From Octopus sinensis (lineage: Eukaryota): a stretch of 64,000 bases of DNA. Shown here in pieces: positions 12,082 to 26,174 of this stretch. Within the stretch, counting starts at the first letter, position 1. Each line of letters begins with the position of its first letter. A program made the position numbers and the translations under genes. Where the stretch lies: positions 106,950,001 to 107,014,000 of the forward strand of contig NC_042999.1 of assembly GCF_006345805.1 (NCBI RefSeq), read 5' to 3'. Under the pieces are notes generated by a model. It made no database searches. It was given only the letters and a program-made list of their open reading frames with translations, and was not told where the DNA came from.

Positions 12082-13882
12082 TGTGTGTATGTATTTATGT
12101 TTATGTATGAGCATATATGTGTATATATATATGTATATATTTTATGTGATGTTATTCTTGTTTAACCCAGTGTCAGTTGTGTTTGAAAAGATACATTCAT
12201 GATCAAAAGTGTTCCAAATGCAACCAGCCTGCCTTTCATTCAGAGACAATGTATCTATGACTTCATTATTAAATATGTCCCTGTTTTCCTTAGATAGGAG
12301 CATGTGATCTGAAAAGATCTGGCTACTAGAAATTTTAACAGGTTAAATAAACAGGTTCAAACTAGAGAATACTTCATTGGCTCTTATTGCTTACCTGTTA
12401 CATGTGTGTGTGTGTGTGTGTGTTTCTAATTCATTTTGTATGTATGTTTATAGGTATGAATATGTGTGTTTGTAGGTGTGTGTAAGTGTGTCTGTATGTG
12501 TGTGCATGTATGTATATGTGTATGATAACACTAATTAAAAACATTGGATTCAGACACGACCTGGGGTATTTTTGTACAGAAAAAAATCATTACTTTACAT
12601 TGATTTGATCATATATATTTATTTCGACTCTTATTATCTCCTTTGAAGTAAAAATGAAAATTAGATTCTGATAAGAATTTTCCTTTTTTTATGCCTTTCC
12701 TGTCATTAATATGATAAGTATCAACTTTCTACAGTTTCATTTGGAACAAATATAGACATCCAACATTGCAAGAGTTACTGCCATTAATTTGGCAATTTCT
12801 ATCTGTTACTGGGGACAACTTTGACCTTCAGTAACTCTATCATATTAAATTACACACGAAATATTGCAAACAAGTCAAAGGAAATACTTGTAAACCTAGC
12901 AAATAACCTTAGAAAAATCAGTTAAAATTGTCTCCTGAGTGATAAATATTGACCAATCTTTTATTATCATTTGCCAACATGTAGCTTGTTTTTCATTCTT
13001 CCTCTTTCATCCCGTTTCACTCAATTTGTCAAATATCCTCCACTATTCCTATTATTGGTTGTGAAACTGGCATGTTGTGTGTATTTTAGAATATATATTA
13101 GCATAAGATATTGAGTAGAGGGCAAAGTTCTACAAAGCATTTGCAAATATTTATGTCTGAACACTAAACAAAAGTTTCCATCAACAGAACAAAATACCAA
13201 TACTATGAATTTGAGAATGTTCACTTCATTCAAGATACATAGTTTTAAATGTGCAATATGTGTGTTTGCATGCATGTGTATGTGAGTGTGTGTGCATGAG
13301 TGTTTGTGTAGGTGTATATACTCACACACATGCACATATATATCTATATATATATATATGTGTGTGTGTATATATGCATATAAAAAGTGAAACTGAAAGT
13401 AAATCAAATTAGGTATTTAGGTGGAAGGTAAAGTTTGACCTTAAAAAAATATTGTGACAGTAAATCAAGAAATTTTCAGATTTCTGTAGCCTGGGTTAAC
13501 TGAAAATGTACAGATATAATGAAGATGCAAGTATAAATAGATGATGGTAATGTAAATACATCTCACTACATTAAGAGGTTGTGACAGAGTGAAATTTATC
13601 CTGCCAATAGTCATGAAGAATTGAAGAAAGGTCTGCTATTAAATTCAAAGTTTATGTATCTAAAATAGACCTTAATCATACAGTCATTTCTGTTTCTATT
13701 AACATCAACCTGATGACCACTAAATAATAAATAGTGCTCATCAAATCAATATGCACCCATAGTTTCAGAGTGCAACTAATAAAATAATGACAAAAAAAAC
13801 AAAAAAATAATCAACCAGCTGTTCATTCTCTCCCTGTACATAGATACATACATACATACATATATATATATGTGTATGTATG

Positions 13883-13974
<92 letters not shown>

Positions 13975-13995
13975 TATATATGTATATATATATAT

Positions 13996-14027
<32 letters not shown>

Positions 14028-14756
14028 TACATACATGCATATATGTTTGTATGAATGCATAAGCCCTTCTCTCCCTTGCAAGAGATAATTGACAGTTACT
14101 GCAGATCATTAATCATGGATGTTAATTGGCACTTTATAATTATAAGCTCTAAAATATTCTGTTGATCATATATTTCAGTAAGAATATTCTCTGGCAAGTG
14201 TTGTTAATCTGATTTTCAAAAAATTTCTAAGATTACAGAACTGAAACAAAGTTACAGAGTATCAAAGTTGTGTTCACATTCCTTCAATTTTTTAGGGTTT
14301 TTTTTTTAAAATATTTGTTCTTGTTGAGATTAACTCAGTATTTACCTCTATTTATTTCTTCTGTTTATACATCTATTCTTTATATACTTATTTGTATTAG
14401 TATTAATGCAGAACAATTCTTAGAACTTTGGAACTTACTCTCTCATTAACAGTTATTTCCAGTTGCAGCTATACTTTTCTTGCATTTCACAATCTCAATG
14501 AATATATCATCATCCTTATCATCAGCAGCATCATCATCATCATCATCAGCATCATAATCATCATTTAATGTCCATTCTCCATGCTGACAAGGATAGGATA
14601 GAGTGACAAGAGTTGCCAAGCCACAGGGTTATACCAAGTTCTATTGCCTGTTTTGGCATGGTTTCTATGGTTGGATGCCCTTCATAATACCGACCACTTT
14701 ACAGAGTGTACTAAGTGTGTTTTTCTCATGGTACCAGCATCAAATGCATGCATGTG

Positions 14757-14802
<46 letters not shown>

Positions 14803-14857
14803 ATATATATAAATATACATATGTAAATATAATATGTGACAATTATTCGGTAGCCAT

Positions 14858-14903
14858 GATAAAACTTCGAGTTTCAGATGTCGGGGCCATCTCTTCAGTT
14901 ATC
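14858..14903 (-). ncRNA. Type I hammerhead-like motif, left arm (minus strand)
   Basis: Minus strand reads GATAA-CTGAAGA-GATG-GCCCCGA-CATC-T-GAAA-CT-CGA-AG-TT-TTATC. Confidence 0.5.
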
Positions 14904-14924
14904 AGGCCATTTTTTTGATGGCTG

Positions 14925-14985
14925 GATAACTGAAGAGATGGCAGTGTGGGTTTCCGTCCCAACATCTGAAACTGGGAGTTTTATC
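14925..14985 (+). ncRNA. Type I hammerhead-like motif, right arm
   Basis: GATAA-CTGAAGA-GATG-(22 nt)-CATC-T-GAAA-CT-GGG-AG-TT-TTATC; one extra nucleotide before GAAA. Confidence 0.5.
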
Positions 14986-15114
14986 ATGGTTACCAAATAA
15001 TTGTCACATATTATATTTACAGATAAATTCCTCTATTTACATAATATCGAGGTCTCTTTCATTCTTTTGTTGTCTTACCATTTCTATCTATAATATATAT
15101 ATATATATATATAT

Positions 15115-16250
15115 CATCAACAACATCCTTTAACGACTGTTGTCTATATTGTCATGTGTTGGATGGTTTGTCCAGGACTGGTAAACTGTGGGGCTGCACC
15201 AGACATCAGTCTGATTTGGCATGGTTTCTACAACTGCATCCCCTTTCTAATGCCAATCATTCTGAGAGTGTAATGGGTGCTTTTATATGCCACCGGTTTG
15301 GGTGCCAGTTGCATGACACCAGTATCTGCCACAACTACGATTTCACTTGGCTTGATGTGTCTTCTTCTCAAGCATGACATATTGCCAAAGGTCTCCATCA
15401 TTTATCTTCGACTCCATGAGGCCTAACGCTTGAAAGGTACTTTTTATGTGTCATGGGTGCTGGTTACATGACACCAGCTACATTAACTCTGTTACATGAC
15501 ACTGGCTACATTAACTTTGTGAGGCCAAATGCTCAAAAGGTACCTTTTACATGTCATCAGCATGAGTGGCAGTAAAATCACACCAGCGTCAGCCATGGCT
15601 ATGATTTCACTTCACTTGACATGTCTTCTCAAGCACTGCCTATTACCAAAAGTCTTGGTCACTAGTCATTGCCTCCATGAGGCCCAATGTTCAAAGATCA
15701 TACTTTACCACCTCATCCCATGTCTTCCTGGTCTGTCCCTTCCACTGGTTCCTTCCATAGTTAGAGATCGACACGTCTTTACACAGCTGTCCTCATCCAT
15801 ATGCATCACATGACTATACCAGCACAGTCGTCTCTCTTGCACACCACATCTGATGCCTCTTGTGTCCAACTTTTCTCCAAAGATGCTTATACTCTGTTGT
15901 ACATGCATACTGACATTGCACATCCAGTGAAGCGTGCTAGCTTAATTTCTTTCAAGCTTACGCATCTCCTCGATGGTCACAGCCCATATTCCACTTCCAT
16001 GTAGCATAGCTATTCACACACATGTATCATAAAGTCTGCCTTTTACTTTGATGGAGAAGCCCTTTGTTGCCAACAGAGGTAGGAGCTCTCTGAACTTTGC
16101 CCAGTCTATTCTTATTCTTGCAGCTACACTCTCAGAGAATCTACCTCTGCTACCGACTCCGTCACCTAGATAATGGATGTTATCAGCAACCTCTAGCTTA
16201 CCTCTCTGGCATTTGACAGAATCAGTTTTTCTGTGCATTTTTAGCATTTA
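15115..16250 (-). mobile_element. Old, degenerate 3' fragment of the RTE-clade LINE
   Basis: ORFs 16014..16247 (WAKFRELLPLLATKG) and 15705..15923 (GVQERRLCWYSHV) match the RTE ORF end; degenerate 3' UTR and (GAT)n tail follow. Confidence 0.85.
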
Positions 16251-17399
16251 TTGTACTTGTACACCTTCCACATACAAAAATTATTTTCCCAGTTAACTTG
16301 TCTCCTCCATTTTTAACTAAATTAATGAGTTTTATGGGACTTCATTCCATAAATTCACCTTAGATTATATACAAGTACCACTTTCAAATCTTCGCCAGTT
16401 TACACCTGTAAACTTCCAGCAAAGTATGTTGAATCAACATTAGAAATCTTTTTTGGAAACCTCCAAGTTAAAGGACGAATCCACAAGACTTTGGTCAGAC
16501 TGAGGTTATAGTAGAAGGCACTTTTTTTTTAATGTATATGCATATTTAAGAAAAGACATAAGTAATGGGTTTTACACATTCATTTATTTATGCATCATAA
16601 ACTTACAGCTGTTTCTTATTTACATATTAGGTGCATTCATAGTTCTGTTAACTCAATCAGTTGATTAATCAATTGAAAAAAATTGAAAGACCTGAACATC
16701 TTTTGAGTCCGTGCAGGATTCTGTAGATGGACACACCTAAAATGCATGCTTGTGTGTGTATGTGTGTGTGTGAATGTATGTGTGTGTGTGCATGTGTGTG
16801 TGTGTGTGTGAGTCTGTGTGTGTGTGTGTGTATGTGAGTCTGTGTGTGTGTGTGTGTGTGCGTATTTCTGTGTAGCAGTATCAGCAACAAGCAGTGATTA
16901 GTGGGAAGCACTGGACAGACATGGTGTTTTTACACCTTTAACCATTAGTGAAACTTTTTTGCCTCCGGAATAAGTGTAGTGGATTTTCCTTTAGAAGTTG
17001 AAATATGTCACAAACTTATTTTAACATTTTAATTAACCTAGTTAATTAATTTATTCCTAATTACTACATGGCACTGGTGTTGCTATATTTATCCCAACCA
17101 GGCAATGCAATAGTGCAACTGAGTTACCGGTGTGGACTGTTTTTTCAGTTAAATCTTTGGCTTTGTATCTGCCCAGGGTTTTCTATTTTCAGTATTTCCC
17201 ATTAAGGAAGGCTAAAGAGCCAGAAACACACACCTGGAAATCTGATAGAAGGAAGCACTGGGCAAATATAGTCTTTTAACAAAAAAAAAGAAATTTTTCT
17301 CCATGGTAACAGCAGTGAATTTGCCTTTAGAGTTATTTGAAATATCTCACAAATATATTTCAATTAACCTAAAGTTTATGAATTACTGATGCCATGTAA

Positions 17400-17641
17400 A
17401 AAGATCCATGCTGGTGCCACATAAAAGCACTCAAACAGGTGCTGTGTAAAAGCACCCAATACACTCTGTAAAATGGATGGCATTAGGAAGGGCATCCAAC
17501 CACAGAAACCATGCAGAAACAGACTTGGAGCCAGGACAGCTCTCCAGTTGACCAGCTCCAGTCAAACCATCCAACCCATACCAGCATGAAAAATAGATGT
17601 TAAATGATGATGGTGGTGGTGGTGGTGGTGATGATGATGAT

Positions 17642-17660
<19 letters not shown>
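17400..17660 (+). mobile_element. Short RTE 3'-tail fragment or RTE-mobilised SINE. Others lie at ~455-605 (+), ~14510-14745 (-), ~29650-29925 (-) and ~59815-60065 (-).
   Basis: aaagcaccca.tacactc...ggcattaggaagggcatccaacc...catccaacccataccagcatgaaaa...(GAT)n matches the RTE 3' UTR end. Confidence 0.8.
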
Positions 17661-17672
<12 letters not shown>

Positions 17673-19609
17673 AAGAAGAAGATGAAGAGGAGGGCGAGGA
17701 GGAGGATGAGGGGGAGGGAGGAAAATGAGTGGGACCAAACCTGTCATCTGAATAACTGCCGGCTAGAATGTTGATCTTGTTCGGGTATAAAATAAAAGTC
17801 ATTTTGTATACATCAAGGAAGATCATATCGATTTGGGGTACGTTACACTCATTTGAGTATGTAACATTAATGGATTGCAAGACATGGATGAAATAGTATT
17901 GAGAAATGTTAAAATAAATCATGCCTAAATCTAGATAACTGTTTTAAAAAAAAACTATCTGGAAAGTGCCTAAATAAGTTAGTTTATAACTTTATACCTT
18001 CATATAAAAAGTAATTAGCTGGGTGAAACAAAACATTAACTTTGAAAATGATTTGCTCATTGAACATATCTTCATTATTACTGAGGACTAAAAGCATAAT
18101 TTTTATCTTGTGGTCTCATCTCTTTCAGTAATTACAGCTTAGAAGAGAATCAGCCACCAAAACTACATAATGTCTTTTGTTTTGTAGCGAGGAACTTTAA
18201 ACTCACCAATATTAATGGTCCATACCTCTAGTGAAATTATGTCAAATCTCATAAACATTATATATTTCAGTGTAACATTTTTGATAAGAAAATCAAATGT
18301 AGCAAAACGAGATGACTGATGGTGAAAGATTATTAAACAGTATCTGTTTAAACATTTACAACATTATTCACATACCCAAATATCTTTATCAACTAATACA
18401 ACAATAGAAAGTTAAGGACACTAAAGTCAGTTGATACACAAGAGAAACATTTTTCATATTAGATAAAAATTTAATTTTAAACTAATAGAGTTTATTGATG
18501 TAAGGGATACAAAGTAGATGGTACAAAAATAGTAAATACTGGCTTGTTTTGTTTCCAAGCAGAACAATAGATTTGTGGATCACACCTAGTCAGTTGGCTA
18601 AGTGATCGAGGTTAACCTAAAGACACATAACAATGACAAGGAAAGCAACAAGTATTTGATTATTTAGAAAGGGAGGGAACAGATTAAATTTGTTGCCTGC
18701 CAGCCAAGTAATTGTTTGTTGAGTGATCAATGAGAGAATGAACTGCCGACGTATTTTCGAAACCATAATCAAGACCCTAATGTTAAGCAGTGGTGAGACA
18801 ACCACTGGTGAATTTTGGACAATGTTGATGGAACAAGTCTTGGGGCACATCCTTGAATGTGCCCCTGATCCATATGCAAATTGTAGCCACTTGATAATGA
18901 CGATGATGATAGTGCTTGAGGTGGTGTTGTTATGATTATGATGATGAAATAATTCAAGCAAATAAACAAAAATATAGAATTACTGCATCAGCAAATTAAT
19001 TAATATATTCAGTTATTATTATTAAATTCAAAGTCAAAACATGGAAGGTTTCTGAGTTTAAAAAAAGTCAAAGTCAAACTAAAGCTAAACAGAATATCAG
19101 TATTTACTTTAAAACATCCCTGAGATATATAAGGTTCAATATAGCTGAAATTTTGCAATCTCTTATTTAAGTGCTAATATTTTATTGAATTATAAGTTGA
19201 GAAAATTATGCAAAATTTAAACTCAAATTCTAATGAAAAACATATTAGGCATCATGCAATGTATTAATTAAACATTTTTTTTGTCTAAATTAAGAATATT
19301 TATTTTGCTATGCAGTAATTTGATAGCTACTGGCACAAAGAAAATTCAAAGAAGACTAAAGGAAATGAGAAAAAGTGCATTAAGAACATTTTATAGAAAA
19401 AATACACCAAATAACAAATATTTTTAAGAATCATTTAAAGCATAGTGCATAGTGCCTGAATATTTTAGATGTATAACGAAAGTTAAATGTGAAACAATAA
19501 ATAATTTTTTTCGTATCTTCTATAGTATTTGAAAAACCACATGCTGATTTTTTAAAATACAATTTTTAAATAACATATTTTAGTAGCTTATTTAAATTTC
19601 AGCCATTTT

Positions 19610-19825
19610 CTGCACAGTATTTATGGTCCAACATCATTCTGGGACTGCAGAACAGTTGCTTGATATGTCTTTTCAATACACCACAAATGAAAATGATTCT
19701 TAGACAATGATGCAGAGTGGGGCAATGTCTTGGAAGAAACTGTAGTTTTATTTTCTCTAAGTGAGACAAGGAAATTTTTTGCCGTCATTTTCTGTGCCTA
19801 TTTACCATCAACAACTTTGTCATAG
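19610..19825 (+). pseudogene. Short degenerate Helitron Rep-helicase fragment
   Basis: Manual translation LHSIYGPTSFWDCRTVA*...LDNDAEWGNVLEETVVLFSLSETRKFFAVIFCAYLP resembles the recalled Helitron segment GPTSFEDLRTV...LLEDD.EW...LEEA......LR.LFA.IL. Contains internal stops. Confidence 0.55.
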
Positions 19826-20737
19826 TCACCAGGATAAAAGGATAGAAAGTATTATAGTAAGCACAAAAATTCACACCTGGAATTTACCTTCACCATGTAC
19901 AATCAAATACTGGTCCACATTGAAGATTCTGTACAGTACATGACTGGAGGAATGGTTGGAGAAATCTTATCATCATGATCACCATCCTTTAGATTCCACT
20001 TTCCCATACTCACATAATTTAGATTGTGTGACAGGATGCAACGAGCCAGAGAATTGCATCATATTTCAATGTCCCCTTTGGGATGATTTCTATGGCTATA
20101 AGCCCTTCAAAATGTATTCACACACATGTGTGTGTACATGCGTGCATGTGTGTGTCCACACACGTGCATATGTGTGTGTTTTACTATCTCTTCATATTGA
20201 CTTTGTGTGATAATTGTAAGTGGCTGTCAGTATCATGCAAATGGTGTACTTTGCTTCTAATCTTCTATAGAAACAAGTCTGTTCACAAGGAAATATTTTT
20301 TCACTTGGAAACAGGTGAGGGTAAGCAATGGAAATGGCATCTGGTGAAGAAAATGTGTCTCATCAAATGCTAAAAGAACTGAAAAATAAATGGCATATGG
20401 TGACATATGCAAAAAGTATGGAGAGTACCAAGGCAATTGTAATTGACATGGAGAGATGTGCAAGACTAAGAGAATGGTATGGAAATAGGATAGACCCAAC
20501 AGGAGTATGCATGGAGTTCAACAACTTGCTGACAATAATAGATTATGAGGACCTACTGCCTTACATAAAATGGTAAAAAAAGTAAGTAAATGTTTTCTAA
20601 GACTATAACACAGATGCAAAAAGGAAAAAAAAAGAGAAAAAAGGAAAAATGATATAAAAACTTTAGAATAAAACATTTAAAGGATACTGCTTACGAGTAG
20701 GGAGCAGGGAGCCATTTCATCTTCATATATTATTTGC

Positions 20738-20943
20738 TCTTTTACTTGTTTCAGTCATTTGACTGCAGCCATGCTGGAGCACTGCCTTTAGTTGAAGAAA
20801 TCGACCCCAGGACTTATTCTTTGTAAACCTAGTACTTATTCTATCTGTCTCTTTTGCCAAACCGCTAAGTTACGGGGATGTAAACACACCAGCATCAGTT
20901 GTCAAGTGATGTTGGGGGGATAAACACAGACACCCAAGCATAT

Positions 20944-20999
<56 letters not shown>

Positions 21000-21161
21000 G
21001 ACAGGCTTCTTTCAGTTTTTGTCTACCAAATCCACTCACAAGGCTTTGGTCAGCCCGAAACTATAGTAGAAGGCACTTGCCCAAGGTGCCACGCAGAGGG
21101 ACTGAACCCGGAACCATGTGGCTAGAAAGCAAGCTACTTACCACACAGACATTCCAGCACC
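20738..21161 (-). mobile_element. tRNA-derived SINE with CORE-like segment and internal (TA)n
   Basis: Minus strand has a tRNA-like head (...catggttccgggttcagtccc), ttgggcaagtg CORE-like motif and a gactgaaacaagtaaaag tail; same family as 56901-57278 and 57468-57861. Confidence 0.85.
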
Positions 21162-22504
21162 TATTGTTCATCTTTAATTCGTTCGTTCTGTGTTTTTGCC
21201 CACACTGTGGCGTTCTGTTTGTCCTTGTGCTGTCCCATCTGTGTATAAGCCTGAGTCCTTTAATAAAGAAAAAAGTTCATGCTAGTTCCACAGTTTGTGT
21301 ATTGATAGTTCAAAGTTGGAGTTCAAAGTTTACAGTTTGAGTTAACATGTTGGATTTTTGTTTCTTAAAAGATTGTCGTTATGTTCCATATGGTTACTGC
21401 CGTTTGTTTCAATTATATTGTTATTATATTGTTATTACACTGTTGTAGTGTATTTGTTGATCCATAAGGATATGAAATGATTGAAACTAGTAAAAGAGTA
21501 CATTAATAAAAAAAAATCTCAGCTATATTTACACTATGTAACACGATTTTTGTCTTTGACTAGCAACTGTTATTTTCTATTTGCTTACCGCTAGAAAGTA
21601 TGAAATATGGCTAATATTTCCTTCAAATGTTGCTTTTGTTACATTTATTCAAACCCCAGAAGAATCTCTCTCAACACATAGCTAAGATGCTCCCCCACTA
21701 CCTCTGCTCATGATCAGAGATGCACATATTGTCAGTCACTAAAGAACATGTTTTAAGTGGTTGAGGTTAAGCAACTGACAAGCAAATTTTTGGTATTAAG
21801 CAGAATATTTGCTATAACGGTGTTTCTGCTTCAGCAACTCGGTGCTAAAACTGACTCAATGAGGATTGTCTTGAGACTAAATAGCAACAATTTCACTCAA
21901 GAAAATTACTTTTATGGATACAGTTATATGTATGTGTGATAAAAAGAAGTTTACTTCTCAACTATGTGGTTTTACATTTGACTTCTCACTATTTTCTAGG
22001 CAAGTGTCTTCTTCTGGTTAACCAAAGCTTTGTGAATGAAATTTAGTAGGCAGAAAATGTGCAGAACCATGCCAGCAGGATTGTGTCTCTTCTTTGGTTG
22101 TAAACTTAATCTGTCACCCTGTTTAACACCACCACCAGACCCGCCAGAACTTTTACTATACAGAAACTTCTCTATGGCAACCATTCAAGCTAGATCTCCA
22201 ATCTGAGCATAACTCTCTCTCTCTCTTTCTCTAAGCAGACATAGAGGCTCTGAAAAATCTTATTCACAGTGCTGCCATTTTTTTCTCTGACTAAATCCTT
22301 AAATGTAGAAACTTTTGCTCCAAGAGAAATTCTGAAAATATGCAGAATTCTCAGAAATAGTTTACCCAAGTCATGATCTCATGGAAGTAAATAGATATAA
22401 GAATGATGAATTGAATGATATTACATATATTTCATACATTTTCTGTTATTAAAGATGAACACTTTTTGTTTCGTTTTGCAAAGAAATGTTAATGCTGTGA
22501 CAAA

Positions 22505-22515
22505 AGATATATATG

Positions 22516-22549
<34 letters not shown>

Positions 22550-22559
22550 TGTATGTATG

Positions 22560-22593
<34 letters not shown>

Positions 22594-22625
22594 TGTATGT
22601 ATGTATGTATGTATGTGTGTGTGTG
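22505..22625. repeat. (TATG)n microsatellite
   Basis: Direct inspection. Confidence 0.95.
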
Positions 22626-22814
22626 TAATGGATTTTTTTGCTGATTTTTATTTTTTATTCATAATACTGCCAAGGTTTACCTATAATTAGGATATGAAAA
22701 ATGAAATTGATATTGTAGTGAATACATTTTTAGAGGTTGTTGGCAGTGATAATCATGATCAACATTATCATCATTCATGATCATTGCCTTCATCACTGAC
22801 ATCAGCATCATCAC

Positions 22815-22859
<45 letters not shown>

Positions 22860-23039
22860 TAGCAACATTTTCTTTTTCTTATACAAACATATGCGAAAAA
22901 AATGCCATATTTGTGTTGTTGTATGTGTGTGTTTGTGTGTGTAAACAAATATGAATAAATGATAGATTCTAGAGTATAGAGAATGGTGAAATGATAAAGT
23001 AATAAATACTGGGAAATAAATATATATATAAATATGTAA

Positions 23040-23070
<31 letters not shown>

Positions 23071-23807
23071 ATGGTAAAAAGAAATGTCATTGCTGTAAAG
23101 GAAGGGGAAAATGTCTTAGTATGAATGCAAAGCATTCTTTTACTGAGTTCTATATATGTAAAGTGAATGCATGCAGTAAACACAGTCTTGGATATTGAAG
23201 CTACCATGTGTGATGATTCTTCGTCATAGTCTGTCATTGACTAATAATATATGGTGTGCATTTGTGTGTGTGAGAGAGTATGCTGGTATGCATGTGTATG
23301 TATGTAGTATCTGTCCTTAAATGTATGTGTGGATGTGCATGGTGAATTTGTATACGTTTGTGTGTGGTGTTAAGAAAATAATATGATCTTAAGAGCATTA
23401 ACGTTGGTGTTTCTGTTTCAGTCACTTTTTTTCCTTTCGTTTTACATTTTTCTTCTGATTTTTCCTATTTTGGTTTACTGAATGTATGGTGGGTAGAGGA
23501 AAATAAGATTATTTTTTGTTTGTTTTATGTTTTTTTTATTTGTTTCTATTTTTCTCCTTTCTCTCTCTCTTTCTCTCTCTTTCTCTCAAATTCTCTGTAT
23601 GCCATCCATTTTATACAGGAGGAATAAAAACCTGTTGATCATTCATAGTCAGACATTCATAGTCATACTGGATGTGATCAGACAAACAAAGAAAATAGTG
23701 GGGAGAAAGTCAAAAAAGAAAAAAAAAAAGAAAAAAGAAAGAAAGAAAAGTGAAAGAAAGAAACTTGGGGAGCAGGCACTGGAAATCGAGAAGGAAAATA
23801 ATACTAG

Positions 23808-24075
23808 AAACAACAACAAGAACAGCAATAATACCAACAATAACAACAACAATAATAACAATGATAATAATAACAATGATAATGATAATAATAATAATAA
23901 TGATAATAATAATGATAATAATAATGATAATAATGATAATAATAATAATGATAATAATAATGATAATAATGATAATAATGATAATGATAATAATAATGAT
24001 AATAATATAATGATGATGATGACGACAATAACGACGACGATGATGATGATAAAAATAATAATAATAATAACAATA
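23808..24075. repeat. Compound (AAC/AAT/GAT)n microsatellite
   Basis: Direct inspection; source of the poly-N and poly-I ORFs. Confidence 0.95.
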
Positions 24076-24182
24076 ACATTGAATGATGAGTCTGAGTAAC
24101 AACTGTTAAACTAACAATGATATGTGAAAACATGATTACTCATACACATACACTAAGATGCAGACACTCACACATACACATG

Positions 24183-24410
<228 letters not shown>

Positions 24411-26174
24411 AACACGTATGTAGATTTGTACACAACACATACATCCTGAAACAAATCACAATTTCTGATTTTTATAACGATAAGCCACTACTTCAGAGAT
24501 GATGACCATCATAAGTGCTATTCTTAGCAGGAAATTAAAGTTCTCAGTTATTCAAGAACAGTCTTTCAATGCAGCAACACTAAGAACTCACTGAAAAGAA
24601 CAACAGCTGGTTTTAAATCTTGGAAATTTTTCTCTTTCTCTCATTTACCTGCTTGCATTTTTTATAAATTTATATTTTCTTTTTCTTTCATTGTCCTTTT
24701 CTTCTTAACATCAAAATATATATCTCCTGTTATAATTTTCTATGTATCTTGATATTTTTATATGTGGGTTGCTGCTTCAATGTGTTTGCATTCTTTTTTT
24801 TTTTATTTTTACACAATTTTTTTTTCATAGTTGTTTCTTTTTTTCTCTTATTTCTTGATTCTTTTTAAGCTTTGTACAACTAACTGGGTTTTGGTTTTGT
24901 TGAGCGATTGGAATTTCAAATTCTGAACATCACTGTCCATCATTGTACATGTAATCATTAGAAAAGAATTTCTAATCAAATAGAGCATGGAAATAAAATA
25001 AAATAAAAGACTTATAGAAACAACACATGATAATTAGAAAACATGAAGTTTTACTGTGATTAAAAAAAAAAAACATAATTACCGGGTTCTGAATCTGTAA
25101 CTAAAAGGTTTTTTGCATTTACTGCACTAGTAGCTGAAATTACTTCTCTGACACCAAACATTTAAAACCAGTTTGTGGCAAACAAATAAATATTATCTGC
25201 ATGCTAAGTTTATTTAACACAGGGTGTGTTAAAAAGTATGCAAGGCTTAACTGTATTTTATGCTTTGCCGATGAGGTCATGGTGATATTGAAACATGTTC
25301 ATAGTTATTTTCTATATTCACTTAAATTATTAAAATAACATTAGTCATGGAGTAATATTTCATTTTCTTCACTGCATAATGATTTGTAGTTAACTCTTTA
25401 GTGTTACATACATTAAATATGGTCACACCATTTTAAATGTTATTTTTATTACTTTTTGTGTAAATTGTGTCTGGGTTAATATATTTTTCCTGGCTAGGTC
25501 ACTAAAGTGCCAAACACTGTACTTGATGTATTTATTTAGTTTACATCCTGAACATAATTCCCACCACCATTGACTGGTGAGAGATCAAAGAAGAATTAGT
25601 AGTATTCTAAGAGTTGAAAGAAGTTACAATATTATTAAATAAATGAAATTTTATTACTGCTGGAAACTATTAATATTATTAGACCCCACAGCACATTTCA
25701 CAATATTAAATTATGATGTGACAAGATGGAGACTACAGTGAAATATAACCATAATATATTTTGGAAAATATTTGAAAACAAGATTTTATTCAAACACTTA
25801 TAAACTTTACAGGCTGGTTTCAGCCAGCATGCTTTCAACAAAATGGCATTCTTTGAAGGTCAAAAAATGTCAACAAGTGTTGACATTAAAACTAGAGACT
25901 GCAGTAGGCCAACGAACTGAAAATGGGAGCTATATTAAAGCAACAAGATAAGAAGTGGAAGAGACTAGTAAATGGTTGGAACCATCAGGGAGAATTTAAG
26001 AGATGACCGTTTTGCTGAAACTAAAAACTGCAAAATTAATTAGCAGGCATACACATGGTCCAAGTTAATGGGTGATGTACTGAATGTCAAACCAAAAGAA
26101 GCAGCATAATAGTCAACTGCTACAAAGGTAAAGGTGATGCCCTAGATACAAATAATTACAGAGGTATCAAGCTG

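Larger units (their letters stand above)
14823..15020. repeat. ~200-bp fold-back inverted repeat with a hammerhead-like motif in each arm
   Basis: gtaaatataatatgtgacaattattcggtagccatgataaaac... pairs with ...gttttatcatggttaccaaataattgtcacatattatatttac; inner arms gccatctcttcagttatc / gataactgaagagatggc. Confidence 0.85.

Noticed and set aside
16900-17390. Diverged ~350-bp tandem duplication (ggaagcactgg...aattaaccta)
   Set aside because: Real but short, old and without coding or structural signal.
18700-18935. Possible host exon (ORFs on both strands)
   Set aside because: No recognisable protein motif and no convincing pair of splice sites.
20328-20576. 82-aa ORF MEMASGEE... as a host exon
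   Set aside because: No recognisable homology; could be chance or a very old LINE remnant.
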